A stretch of DNA of 64,000 bases from Pristiophorus japonicus. Taxonomy: Eukaryota. Location: assembly GCF_044704955.1 (NCBI RefSeq), contig NC_091988.1:53940001-54004000 (forward strand), in the 5' to 3' direction. The position numbers were made by a program, and so were the translations under genes. This document shows positions 1 to 10,467 of this stretch, in pieces (positions within the stretch are counted from its first letter, which is position 1; each line of letters opens with the position of its first letter). The notes below the pieces were generated by a model, which was given only the letters and a program-made list of their open reading frames with translations, was not told the DNA's origin and made no database searches.

Positions 1-1182
1 GGCTGGGACATTGACTGTTCTCTAGGTTAGCCTATCTTTTTCTTTCAGAAGGTGCCTAATGTTTCTAGCATTTTTTTGCTCTTCTTTCAGATTTTTTTTT
101 TAACATTTACAAATCTTATTTTTGTCTGTACTTCATGGTTCTTTCTGTGCGCGAATGTGTGTGTGCACTTGTGTGTTGCGGGTATAGGTGAGGTTGGGGA
201 ATCTGAGCAGTACCTGTGTACCAGTTTTTCACATTGCTTTTGTCAAACATGCTAATTCTTCGGTAAATAACGCTACAGTTTAGAAGCTTTAGTTACAAGT
301 GGATGTATTCTTTTAAATTGACATAGTTTAGTTTCCTGAACAGTTTTCAACGCAGAACCTGTGTATCCTTTGAAAACGACTTGTGGCTCGATAATGAAGA
401 GCACCGTTTCACAACACACTGTCTCTCTTGAAATGTGTCCACACACAGCAAACCTCTGCAGTACATCAATCCAGTCGAAGGCCCACAGTGCACTCCCTCT
501 GTGAATCCAGTACTGGCACAAATAACCATGTGATGCTTGCCCAGAGTTGAAAAGAGGCTTTGAACACTATAGCTCCATTAAAACGGGGCTCGGACTCTGT
601 TGAGTATTATAAGCCTTTGGTAATTCTCTCTGTCTGTAAGTGACTTAGAACAGGGCTGTTTCTCTATTCCTACAAGTGGTGTGGGGGAGCTGCCTTGAAC
701 ATCAATCGGGCAAGTCAATGCGCAATTATGAGTTGGGATCGGTTTGTAAAGGTTCGCAAGTGGCCTTGACTATAGATGTGTGATACAGGGAGTTGGAAAG
801 ACTCGAAGGGGATCAGCCCCAGCAGCGAGGACTGAGCATGCTGCAAACACCAAACAGCCAGTATCTCTTCTTTTTCCAGAAGGGGAAAATAATGCACAGC
901 ATCCGCAGAAGTGGAATTTTTTTTTTAAGCGGTGCCGTGAAGCAGCTGGAGGTGACGTTCAATCTATTTACAGTCGAGGATTACATGGTTGTGAAAATGC
1001 TCACATCTGTTGTTCGAGCTGCCGTAGTTGGCAGCAAAAGAACTCGATGGCAGGCTGAGAAAACGTCAGTGGGTGGACTGTGCTGCGCAGTGTGATAACG
1101 ATTAATGTGTCTCATTATTCCCAGCCCCTCCTCACGTGCTCACCATCACCTCCCTGCAGTCAGAAGCTTTATGTTTCAAAGT

Positions 1183-1654
1183 CACCGCTAGAGTACTGCG
1201 TACAGTTCTGGTCACCGCATTACAGGAAAGATGTGATTGCACTAGAGGGTACAGAGGAGATTTACGAGGATGTTGCCTGGACTGAAGAATTTTAGCTGTG
1301 AGGAAAGATTGGATAGGCTGGGTGGGGTTGTTTTCTTTGGAACAGAGGAGGCTAAGGGGAGACCTTATTGAGGTCTATAAAATTATGAGGGATCTAGATA
1401 GAGTGGATAAGAAGGACCTAATTCCTTTAGCAGAGGGTCAACAACCAGGAAACTCATTGCCTGAAAGGGCGGTAGAGGCAGAAACCCTCACCACATTTTA
1501 CAAGTACTTGGATGTGCATTTGAAGTGCCATAACCTACAGGGCTACGGACCAAGAGCTGGAAAGTGGGATTAGGCGGGATAGCTCTTTGTTGGCCAGCAC
1601 AGACACGACGGGCCTCATGGCCTCATTCTGTGCTGTAATTTTCTATGATTATGA
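1183..1654 (+). mobile_element. CR1 LINE 3' fragment with internal deletion
   Basis: Encodes [15 protein letters not shown] and LFSLEQRRLRGDLIEVYKIM, typical of the CR1 ORF2 C-terminus; ends in a TTCTATGA-type tail. Confidence 0.9.
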
Positions 1655-2016
1655 AGTTTGTTGTGAGTTCCTCTGCATGGCTTGCTGCCCCTCCATTTTT
1701 TGGGGGGCGGAGTAATGAACATATAAAGTTTTGGTTCAGTCGTAGCTGAGCGAGATCCAAGGCAAACGATGCAGAGCAAGGAGCACAAGGTCCGTTGTCC
1801 AGTTCCCTCCCCCACGAGTGAAGACCGCACGACGTAAGTCAGGAATCCAGCTGTGCATTCGCGTCCATATTCATTGATTTAAAAAAAATATATATATTTG
1901 GAGAAAAATATATTGTTGAAGTGGAAATTATTGATTTCAGAAGCTGAATGCAGGCAGCCCATCTGGCTTCTGCTTTCCTTTAATATCCGGCTTGTGGAAG
2001 ACTTTGAGGTTTTGTT

Positions 2017-2170
2017 TTTATTCGTTCCTAGAATGTGGGCGTCACTGGCAAGGCCAGCATTTATTGCCCACCCATAATTGCCCTCGAGTGGCTGGCTCGG
2101 CAGTTAAGAGTCAACCACATTGCTGTGGGTCTGGAGTCACATATAGGCCAGACCGGATAAGGTCGGCAAA
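2017..2170 (-). mobile_element. SINE family B, 3' fragment
   Basis: Reverse complement of the GGGCAATTA..GGGCAATAAATGCTGGCCTTGCCAG tail plus the body segment also seen at 10710-10762. Confidence 0.75.
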
Positions 2171-2807
2171 TTTCACGCTGACAATTTTAAATCTCACACA
2201 AGCAAACTGCTCCACTCTTTACCCTTTCCCCAGTCTATTTACACATGAGCTGGGAAGGAGGCTGTTCCAGAGCAGGTTGACGGATTCCAGTTTTGCATTT
2301 AAAGTGAAAGCAAAGATAGCCAGTTTCCTACAGAATGCAAGTGCTGAGATTGCCGTGACCTTGAATGGTTCCCTCCCTGACCCCTCGCATTGTTATTGCC
2401 TTCAGCTCCTCCGCACTTACCCTACCTGTTTTCAAATGCTTCGTATTGTAGGGGTCCTGTCTGCTGCTGGTAGATGCTGTTGGTGCATTTGTGTTGAATG
2501 CTATCACAGCAATGGAGCACTGTAGCTACACCCCCAGCATATTGTATGGACAGAGCAGTTTGAGGACAGTTGCAAACCCATCAACCAATCAATCATTTTA
2601 TGATGCAATTTTTTTTCCCCCTTTTAATTTATTCTCTCTCTTTTTGTGGTACGGTTCCACGAGCACCACTCGTTTTCTTGCTACATCTTCTGGGTTAGGA
2701 TCCTCCATGTGTTGGCCAAGATGATGTGTGCTTACAGGCTATTTGAACATAGGTGAGGTCACAGCCAATCCAATTGTCTTTACACCTAATTGGATGTCTA
2801 CCTTTGC

Positions 2808-2975
2808 ACCAGCTGTGGCTCAGTGGGTAGCACTCTCGCCTCGGAGTCAGAATGTTGTGAGTTCAAGTCCCACTCCAGAGCACACAAATCTAGGCTGACA
2901 CTCAGTGCAGTACTGAGGAAAAGCTGCACTGTCGGAGGTGCCGTCTTTCAGATGACGTTAAACCAAAGCCCCATC
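2808..2975 (+). mobile_element. tRNA-derived SINE family A (SacSINE1/DeuSINE-like), 5' half
   Basis: A-box TGGCTCAGTGG and B-box GTTCAAGTCC; same body as the full copies at 9016 and 27184; abuts a CR1 fragment. Confidence 0.85.
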
Positions 2976-3543
2976 ATAGCTAATCTGATCTTGGCCTCAA
3001 CCCCACTTTCTTGCCTGCTCCCCATAACCCTTGACTCTCCTATAGTTCAAAAATCTGTCTATCTCCACCTTAAATATATTCAATGACCCAGCCTCCATAG
3101 CTCTCTGGGGTAGAGAATTCCAAAGATTCACAACCTTCTGAGAGAAGAAATTCTTCCTTAGCTCTGTTTTAAATGGGCACCCCCTTATTCTGAAACTATG
3201 CCCCCTAGTTCTAGATTCCCCAATGAGGGGAAACATTCTCTCTGCATCTACCCTGTCAAGCCCCCTCAGAATCTTCTATGTTTCAATAAGATTACCTCTC
3301 ATTCTTCTAAACTCCAATGAGTATAGGCCCAACCTGCTCAACCTTTCTTCATAAGACAAACCCTTCATCTCTGGAATCAACATAGTGAACCTTCTCTGAA
3401 CTGCCTCCAATGCAAGTATATCCCTCCTTAAATAAGGAGACCAAAAATGTGCACAGTACTCCAGGTGTAGTCTCATCTACGCCCTGTACAGTTGTAGAAA
3501 ACTTCCCTACTTTTATACTCCATCCCCCTTACAAGAAAGGCCT
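2976..3543 (-). mobile_element. CR1 LINE 3' fragment
   Basis: ORFs 3276-3476 and 2997-3236 give HLEYCAHFWSP, LEFRRMRGNLIET and RTRGH..NLWNSLP motifs. Confidence 0.92.
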
Positions 3544-4001
3544 AGGTAATTGTGCCCCTCCTTATTGATTTAACCGGGAAAGATTTACTAACTGTATAAT
3601 TTTAAAAAAATCTCCCTGTTCAGTAGAGTAATGATTTACAACTCAGCGTAGAAACCTCCCTGTTAAGTTAAGGATTACCAAAAGTGTAAATCGGAACGCC
3701 CTCCTTATTTAGCAGGGTATGGATGAATAGCCTGTAACGGTAGCGACTCCGTTAATTTAGCAGGGTAAGAGTTGCTAAGCATGTAATGACATGGAGTTCT
3801 TGTTTATTCAGCAGGGACGAGATCAAATCTGTCTACTGTATATATAATCACTATCATTATGAGCTGTATATTTCATATGCTGCTCAGGGTGCTGCAATGC
3901 TAAAAACCATTGTTGCAACCTGTTCAAAAAAGCAAACTGACTTTACATCTGAACACTGACATTGTTCTCGTTCTTATGTTTGAACATTTTTTTAAAAAAA
4001 A

Positions 4002-4875
4002 GGAAGACTTGCTTTGAAAAAGCGCCTTTCATGACCACCGGATGTCTCGAAGCACTTTACAGCCAATGAAGTACTTTTGGAGTGTAGTCACTGTTGTAAT
4101 GTGGCGTGGAGGCCCTGACCTGCGAGGGAACATCAGCGGCAGGTCGGGGCCATAAAAGGAGCAGTGAGCGGCAGCCATGGGCAGTGTGGAGGCATGCCAC
4201 TTCAAGGTACAGCACGAGCTGGTGCAGGAGGGTGACGGCTGTGAAGAGTGACGTCATCAAGATCCAGGTCGGTGATTGGAGCGTGGGCAGTTACAGCAGG
4301 AGTAGCGAGGTCGGGGCGAAGGAGCGGTGAGAGACTATATCGGAACCCAGGGAAGGCGTGAGTTCGGGGCCAGGGGCAGCATGGACCAGCCCATACTGCG
4401 ATACATGTGCGCACTAGGTCCGTGCAGCAGAGCCGGTCTCCAGTCTTCTTGGGTAATCCTAGCTCTGTCAAGCCCGTCAAAAAAATTCATGCACAGGCAT
4501 CTTCCACCCTTCAGGATGTAGTTCGGGTCCTTCATCGAAACACCTGTGAACTCGTCTTTTTTTTTGGCGTGGAAGCAAGTCATCCTCTCTTCGAGGGACC
4601 GCCGATGATGAATGTGGGAAACGCGGCAGCCAATTGCACACAGCAAGCTCCCACAAACAACAATGTGATAATGACCAGATAATCTGTTTTTGTTATGTTG
4701 ATTGAGGAATAAATATTGGCCAGGACACTGGGGATAAACTCCCCTGCTCTTTGAAATAGTGCCATGGGATATTTTACGTCCACCTGAGGGGCCAGACAGG
4801 GCCTCAGTTTAACGTCTCATCCAAAAAATGGCACCTCCGACAGTGCAGCGCTCCCTCAGCACTGCACCGGAGTGT
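4002..4875 (-). mobile_element. SINE family A, interrupted by an insertion at 4105-4610
   Basis: The SINE body is continuous across the insertion, with AATGTGG duplicated at 4098-4104 and 4611-4617. Confidence 0.88.
4105..4610 (+). mobile_element. Non-coding RTE-like retroposon
   Basis: 7-bp TSD AATGTGG; 3' end GCAAGTCATCCTC..GGGACCGCC followed by a GAT-repeat tail; related copies at 31044, 34297 and 42021. Confidence 0.75.
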
Positions 4876-5586
4876 TAATAATTTAAAGTGACTCTCCACT
4901 CAAAACGGGCTGGTCGACTATATTGGTGAACTTTGGGCACTTTTGGCTTTTTTTTTTAAAGATGTGCTTGCTCAATTGTCGGATGTGTCTTTGGTTGCTT
5001 TTCTTACCGGTTCAATTTTTTTTAGAAATAATTGTTTTAGTTTAAAAAGAAATGAAGAAAAGCTCATCTCAAACCTTGCACCTGTTGTGGTACAGACCTT
5101 TATCCCAGGGCTGATGTCTGGTATTCGTTGTATGAATTCTCCCCAGTTGCTCCAGTAACAATCTGACTGAAGCTTCCTCTTTCATTGACGCTGGCCCTGT
5201 AATGTCTGATCGTTGGTTTCTGATGAGGGGGAAAACCATTAAACACAATCAATTTTGCGCCAAGGTGACATAATGTTTCAGGTCAGATGTGCAGAACACA
5301 GGATGTCAAGTTAATTTACTGCCCTGCTCGTCACTGCGGGACTGATTAATTGGCAGCCATCTTGAGACTTTCAATGAATCCTCCTAAACCCAATTAAAGT
5401 AATGACAGAGGGTGTTTATTACCCAGCAAGATTTCTCTTGTGATCATATCCAAGATACATAAAAATGACTTAGTCCTCCGATTTCTCACCGGTTTATATA
5501 AAATCAATCTGGGTTCGTCTTTTGTGCTTTTATCACATATCGAGCAACTGCAGGTATGGTGAGTTTGGCCCAGGGGGACTGCAAAG

Positions 5587-5638
5587 GACGTCAAATGGAA
5601 TACACTGACCTTGTAGCCAATAGACTGACCTTTGACCT
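5587..5638. promoter_or_regulatory. Candidate enhancer: transcription-factor motif cluster
   Basis: GACGTCA (5587), TGACCTTG (5606), CCAAT (5617) and a perfect DR1 TGACCTTTGACCT (5626-5638) within 52 bp of apparently unique DNA. Confidence 0.35.
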
Positions 5639-5949
5639 GTGCTGCTTCATGTGACATTACACTTGGAAGTGTCACCTGAATTGAGAAAACATTTGCTGCA
5701 GAATCTCAAATGCAAAGATTGCCGTTGATGGCTGCAATAACACACTGTAACATTGTGATGGAGTGCCACTTCAGTGACTCCAGCACCAATTTGTCATGAT
5801 GAAGACTTCAGGCTACCGTCCAAGAATATTTTCTACTGTTTTCTGATATTCCAATGGGATGGACCCAATTGATTTTACAGAACTGACAGCGAATTTGGGA
5901 AGAAGTGAGTTCAACCATCAATATTACCGAGGATTTCGGCCGACTTAAA

Positions 5950-7116
5950 GGCCCCAAGTTTCCACATGATTTGCGCCTTATTTTTAGGAGCAACTGGTGG
6001 AGAACGGACTATCTTAGAAATCGCAATTCTCCACATTTTCTTTTCTGCAGTTCTAGTCAGTTAGACCAGTTTCACTTTGGAACAGAACTTTTTCTTCAAA
6101 AGGGGGCGTGTCCGGCCACTGACGCCTGATTTCAAAGTTTCCACAGTGAAAACGTACTCCAAACTAAGTTAGAATGGAACAAGTGAAGATTTTTGTAGGC
6201 CTGAAAATTGTCTCCACATTAAAAAAATCAGGCGCAGGTTACAAATTAGGCGTCCAGAACGAGGTGGGGGGGGGGAGAGGGGGGAAGGGAAGTCATTAAA
6301 TTCTATAATAAATCCTTATTTATACTTATACAAATATTATACAAATAAATCCAACCTGAATAAAAATTTATAAGCAAAGAAAAGATTAAATAAACCATCT
6401 TCCTATCTGTGTGAAAGTGCTTCAGCCAGGGAGAATGCTGCAGCAAGCCTCAAGTTGAGGCAGCCGTTCGTTCCCGACGGCAGGGGGGGGGGAGGAGGCA
6501 GCCGTTCCAGACGGCGAGCGAGGGGGAGGGAGTGCGGGACCGACCGACCGCAGCGGGGGGGGGGGGGGGGGGGAGGAAGCCGTTCCAGACGGCGGGTGGG
6601 GGGGAGGGGGGGAGGGAGTGCGGGACCGACCAACCGACCGAACGCAGCGGGGGGAGGGAAGGAGACAGTGAGAAGGCTGCAGGAAGCCTCACAAGTTGAG
6701 CAGCCATTCCCGACGGCAGGTTTCTGAGGCTTCCTGCAGCCTTCTCTCTGCTGCAAGAAGCCTCAGTGCTGATCATGGAAGGGCAATGTGCTTTTATTTA
6801 AAAATGTTCAAAAATTAAACAGCTACAAAGAACTACAAAAATGGACGAGTGCCAATGTTTCCTTCACACTGCGCGTGCGCGAACGCTCCAACGCGCACGC
6901 GCAGGGTTGCCGGCAGGAAAAAAACTAATTTAAATGGTACCCGCCCCCTCCCACTTACAAAATCGGCGCGAGTGTAGGCTCCGCCCCCTGGGTGCCGCGC
7001 CAAGCTACCATGGAGCTGCAGTGCGCTCCAGAATCGCGCGTTTTATTTTCGGCGCAAAAAACGGGCGCCCAGCTCGGAGGGGGCGCCCGTTTTGTAGCGT
7101 GTGGAAACTTGGGGCC
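5950..7116. mobile_element. Non-autonomous DNA transposon (PIF/Harbinger-like)
   Basis: Perfect 17-bp TIR GGCCCCAAGTTTCCACA (5950-5966 / 7100-7116); AAA on both flanks (3-bp TSD); no transposase ORF. Confidence 0.85.
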
Positions 7117-7682
7117 AAAGAGGCAGCTTCACCATCTGAACCACCGCTTAAAAATTTAGGATTGGGATTAACTTGTTTTTCAACAAAAATACAAAATATT
7201 TAAAGCAGTGAGCTTTAATGGAACTGGATGGGTGAAGTACAAAGTTCCCCCAACAATTGGCATTAAAGTGATTGCTGTACCGTGTAGATTATTGACCATC
7301 TCTCCCGATAACGATTCGAACATTTCTGGCTCAATGCCCCCCCCCCCACCCTTGTGATGGAAAAATACTCAACCAAGTTCAACAGAAAACAAACAGGAGG
7401 ATCCATCTTTGTATCTATTTAATTCTAAAACAATCTGTCTCTGAACCAATTCAGTTATCTGCATCTTCAGTGTGGCCAGCTTTGTGAAAGAGTATGTATC
7501 AGTGCAAAGGATTGGCTCAAGTGGGGAGCAGAGGAGGAGTGGGGATGGTGCACTGATAATAGAGCTGGAGAGAGAGAGAGAGACTGGTGTTTCTTGTCAA
7601 ACCAGTGAGATGCTATTTAACAAAAACACAAAATGCCGGCAATACTCAGCAGGTCAGGCAGCATCTGTGGGGAGAGAAACCG

Positions 7683-7719
7683 AGTTAACATTTCAGGTCC
7701 ATGACCCTTCATCAGAACT
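7683..7719 (-). ncRNA. Minimal hammerhead ribozyme motif (Penelope type)
   Basis: Minus strand AGTT-CTGATGA-AGGGTCATGGACCT-GAAA-TGTT-AACT: catalytic core boxes, stem II, stem I AGTT/AACT. Confidence 0.7.
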
Positions 7720-8045
7720 GGAAAAGGTAGAGATGTAACAGGTTTTTAAGCAAGTGCAGAGTCAGGAAAAGGGGGAGGGGAGGAAATAACAAAAGGGAAG
7801 GTCTGATGGGATGGAAGGCAGGAGAGATTGAATGATAAAAGGAATGGTGGTACAAGGCAAAAGGAGAAGGTAATGGAACAAGTAAAGAAACATTAGAGGA
7901 GGTTTAAATGGCAACAGCAGAATCATTACCATCAGCTGCTGTCCGAAAAAATGGAGGCCGAGGCTATGATCTGAAATTGTTGAATTCGATGTTGAGTCCA
8001 GAAGGCTGTAAAGTGCTTAATTGAAAGATGAGGTGCTATTCCTCG

Positions 8046-8221
8046 TGTTATGTATGTAACTATGTAATACTTGCCACCAGAGGGCGCAACTGTTGGAGGG
8101 CCAGTATAAAAGGTTGGCTGCCATGTTGTTTAGGCTTTCTGGAGTTGTAATAAAGAAGACTAAGGTCACACTAAGTTTAGCTCACAGTACTCAGCCTCGT
8201 GGAGTTCTTCTATACACAACA
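8046..8221 (+). mobile_element. Solo LTR inserted in the Penelope element
   Basis: TGTT...AACA termini; 5-bp TSD CCTCG (8041-8045 / 8222-8226); TATAAAA at 8105; AATAAA at 8149. Confidence 0.9.
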
Positions 8222-9015
8222 CCTCGGGCTTGCGTTGAGCTTCGTTGGAACAGTGTGAGAGGCCGAGGGCAGAGTGGGAGTGGAGCAGAAAATTGAAGTG
8301 ACAGACGACCGGAAGCTCAGAGTTACGCTTACGAACTGAACGGAGGTGTTTCGCAAGCATGATCCCAAGCTTCCGGTAGCCGTGAATTACAGGAATGTCC
8401 CCAGTGTCTATAAAACTGTACCTCAGCTTGGATTATAATCTTCGAGAGATGAGGAGAAAACTTTGAGGGGGTGGGAGGGGCAGAGATTTTGACCTTTTTG
8501 GAATAAATCTCTCAATAAGCCATGGTGAAGATGATTTATGGGCAGGATTTCCTGTTTCTGCGTCCACGTTTTGCAGCCATTTCATTTTAACGGGCAGAAA
8601 AATCGTGGTCTGGCAAGTGAACTAAATGGAAAATCCCGATCTATGTGCAAAAAAAATCTGTAAGTAGAAAAGTGAGCACAGCTGATGCTCTCTCATTTCA
8701 GATTCTGGATCAGGCCTTTGACTTAGAATAGCATTCCCACCTCCCTGAGTCAGAAGGTTCGGGATTGAACCCTGCTCCAGACAGCCTCAGCTAGTGACTC
8801 CGACTTGGATTTTGATTTGGCATCCAGAAGGATACTGGTGTCCGATGGGTGTCGGTGCCCCCCTCATATGGCATGGATTGCAATGTTTCCTGCAATTTAT
8901 TCTTTGGGCTGCACGGCCCCTTTAACAAGCTGCATGCATGTTTTTTTCCAATTTGAAAGTCGTTTCACCATCTGCGCGAGACTCCTGGAGCGTTGCACGG
9001 GCGCACTGTTTAACC

Positions 9016-9459
9016 GTGTCAGCTGTGGCTCAGTGAGTAGCATCCTCGCCTCTGAGTCAAAAGGTTGTGGGTTCAAGTCCCACTCCAAGTCCATGAGCAC
9101 AAAAATCTAGGCTGACTCTCCCAGACAGTAATGAGGGAGCACTGCACTGTCAGAGGTGCCGTCTTTCGGGTTGAGATGTTAAACCGAGCCCCCGTCTGCC
9201 CACTCAAGTGGATGTAAAAGATCTCATGGCACTATTTCGAAGAAGAACAGGGGGGGGTTATCCCCGGTGTCCTGGCCAATATTTAGCCCTCAAATCAACA
9301 TCAATAAAAAACAGATTGTCTGATTGTGATCACATTGCTGATGGTGCGAGTTTGCTGTGCGCAAATTGGCTGCCACGCTTCCCACGTTACACAGTGACTA
9401 CATTCCTAAGAGACGTCCGGTGGTCATGAAAGGCACTATATAAATGTAAGTCTTTTTTT
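9016..9459 (+). mobile_element. SINE family A, full length
   Basis: tRNA head with A/B boxes, central body, L2-like tail GCACTATATAAATGTAAGTCTTT. Confidence 0.92.
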
Positions 9460-10467
9460 AATGGGGACATTATTGGGTTGTGGAAGCCCATTTAAACCCT
9501 CCCATCGCATCTAAGTAGCCACTCTATCGGCTGGTATAAAGCTGGTTACATCCATGGAAGGAGTGTTCATGTCACGCACTGTCGGGCGAATAATCAGCCT
9601 GTGAAACCTTCCACTTCTTTACATTATTCTCCAAGGGAAGATTGTGAAGTAATGATAACGTTTAGAGTTTCTATTGCTACCATTGAGGCTATTTAATCTT
9701 GGAACTGCTTGCTACATAAAAATGTTCATGCCATTCTCCTGATTTGTGTAATCTTGTTCTTAACACTTGTTCCAGAAAATTCCATTCGAGTTAGTAGCTG
9801 GAATTCCCTCTTGTTTGGTGTAGTATGTGACCTTGGGTTTATATTGCTTGTAGTTGATAGATTTTGAAATGCCTGTAACAGCGTGGGAACAGCTACCTGT
9901 TTATTTTCTCTGCCTGTTGTTTTCTCTCTCTCCTCGGTGGAGGGATAACTGCTATAATTAACGCCGCAAATTGCAGATGAGCTTGAACCATGAGGAGCAG
10001 TAATCTCCACGATTGCAGACCTGGCTGTTTAATTGCAGGACTTTTTGCTTGATTTGTAGTGGAGAGATCAGTCCGAATCATTTGTGGATGTGGTTTATTC
10101 CTGCGAGTTAAGCTGCCCGCCCACACCCCCAGGTCCTTGGGCTCCACTGCTGGAGGAGCTGGCAGTGCCAGCCGATTGCATCACCGCAGATGGCATGGGA
10201 GCAGCAGGCCCTGTCTGTAATTGCAAGCCATAAGCTGCTGCCTCATACAACAGAAGGTTTAGGTACTAAGGGCTGTAAATTGATGGGGAAACGCGGGCCG
10301 GGCAGTTGGTAAACGAGAGTTTATGCTGTAAAAATAAAGCCAGACTGGCATAATGAATGGTTTTGGAGCTGTGCGAACTGTCGCATTTTTGGAGGTCATA
10401 CTTATGTCCCTGGTGCTCTTAATTACGGCAGGATCAAGCAAGCCTCATCTACGGTATCGGTGCTAGG

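Larger units (their letters stand above)
7620..8385 (-). mobile_element. Penelope-like element 3' fragment (GIY-YIG C-terminus plus terminal repeat)
   Basis: Minus strand reads AKHLRSVRKRNSELPVVCHFN..EAQRKPE, continuing after the LTR insertion as HLIFQLSTLQPSGLNIEFNNF; hammerhead core downstream. Confidence 0.85.

Noticed and set aside
6403-6776. Pro/Gly-rich ORFs
   Set aside because: They arise from G tracts inside a non-autonomous transposon.
9016-9090. tRNA-like sequences at SINE heads
   Set aside because: These are SINE promoters continuing into a repeat body, not tRNA genes.
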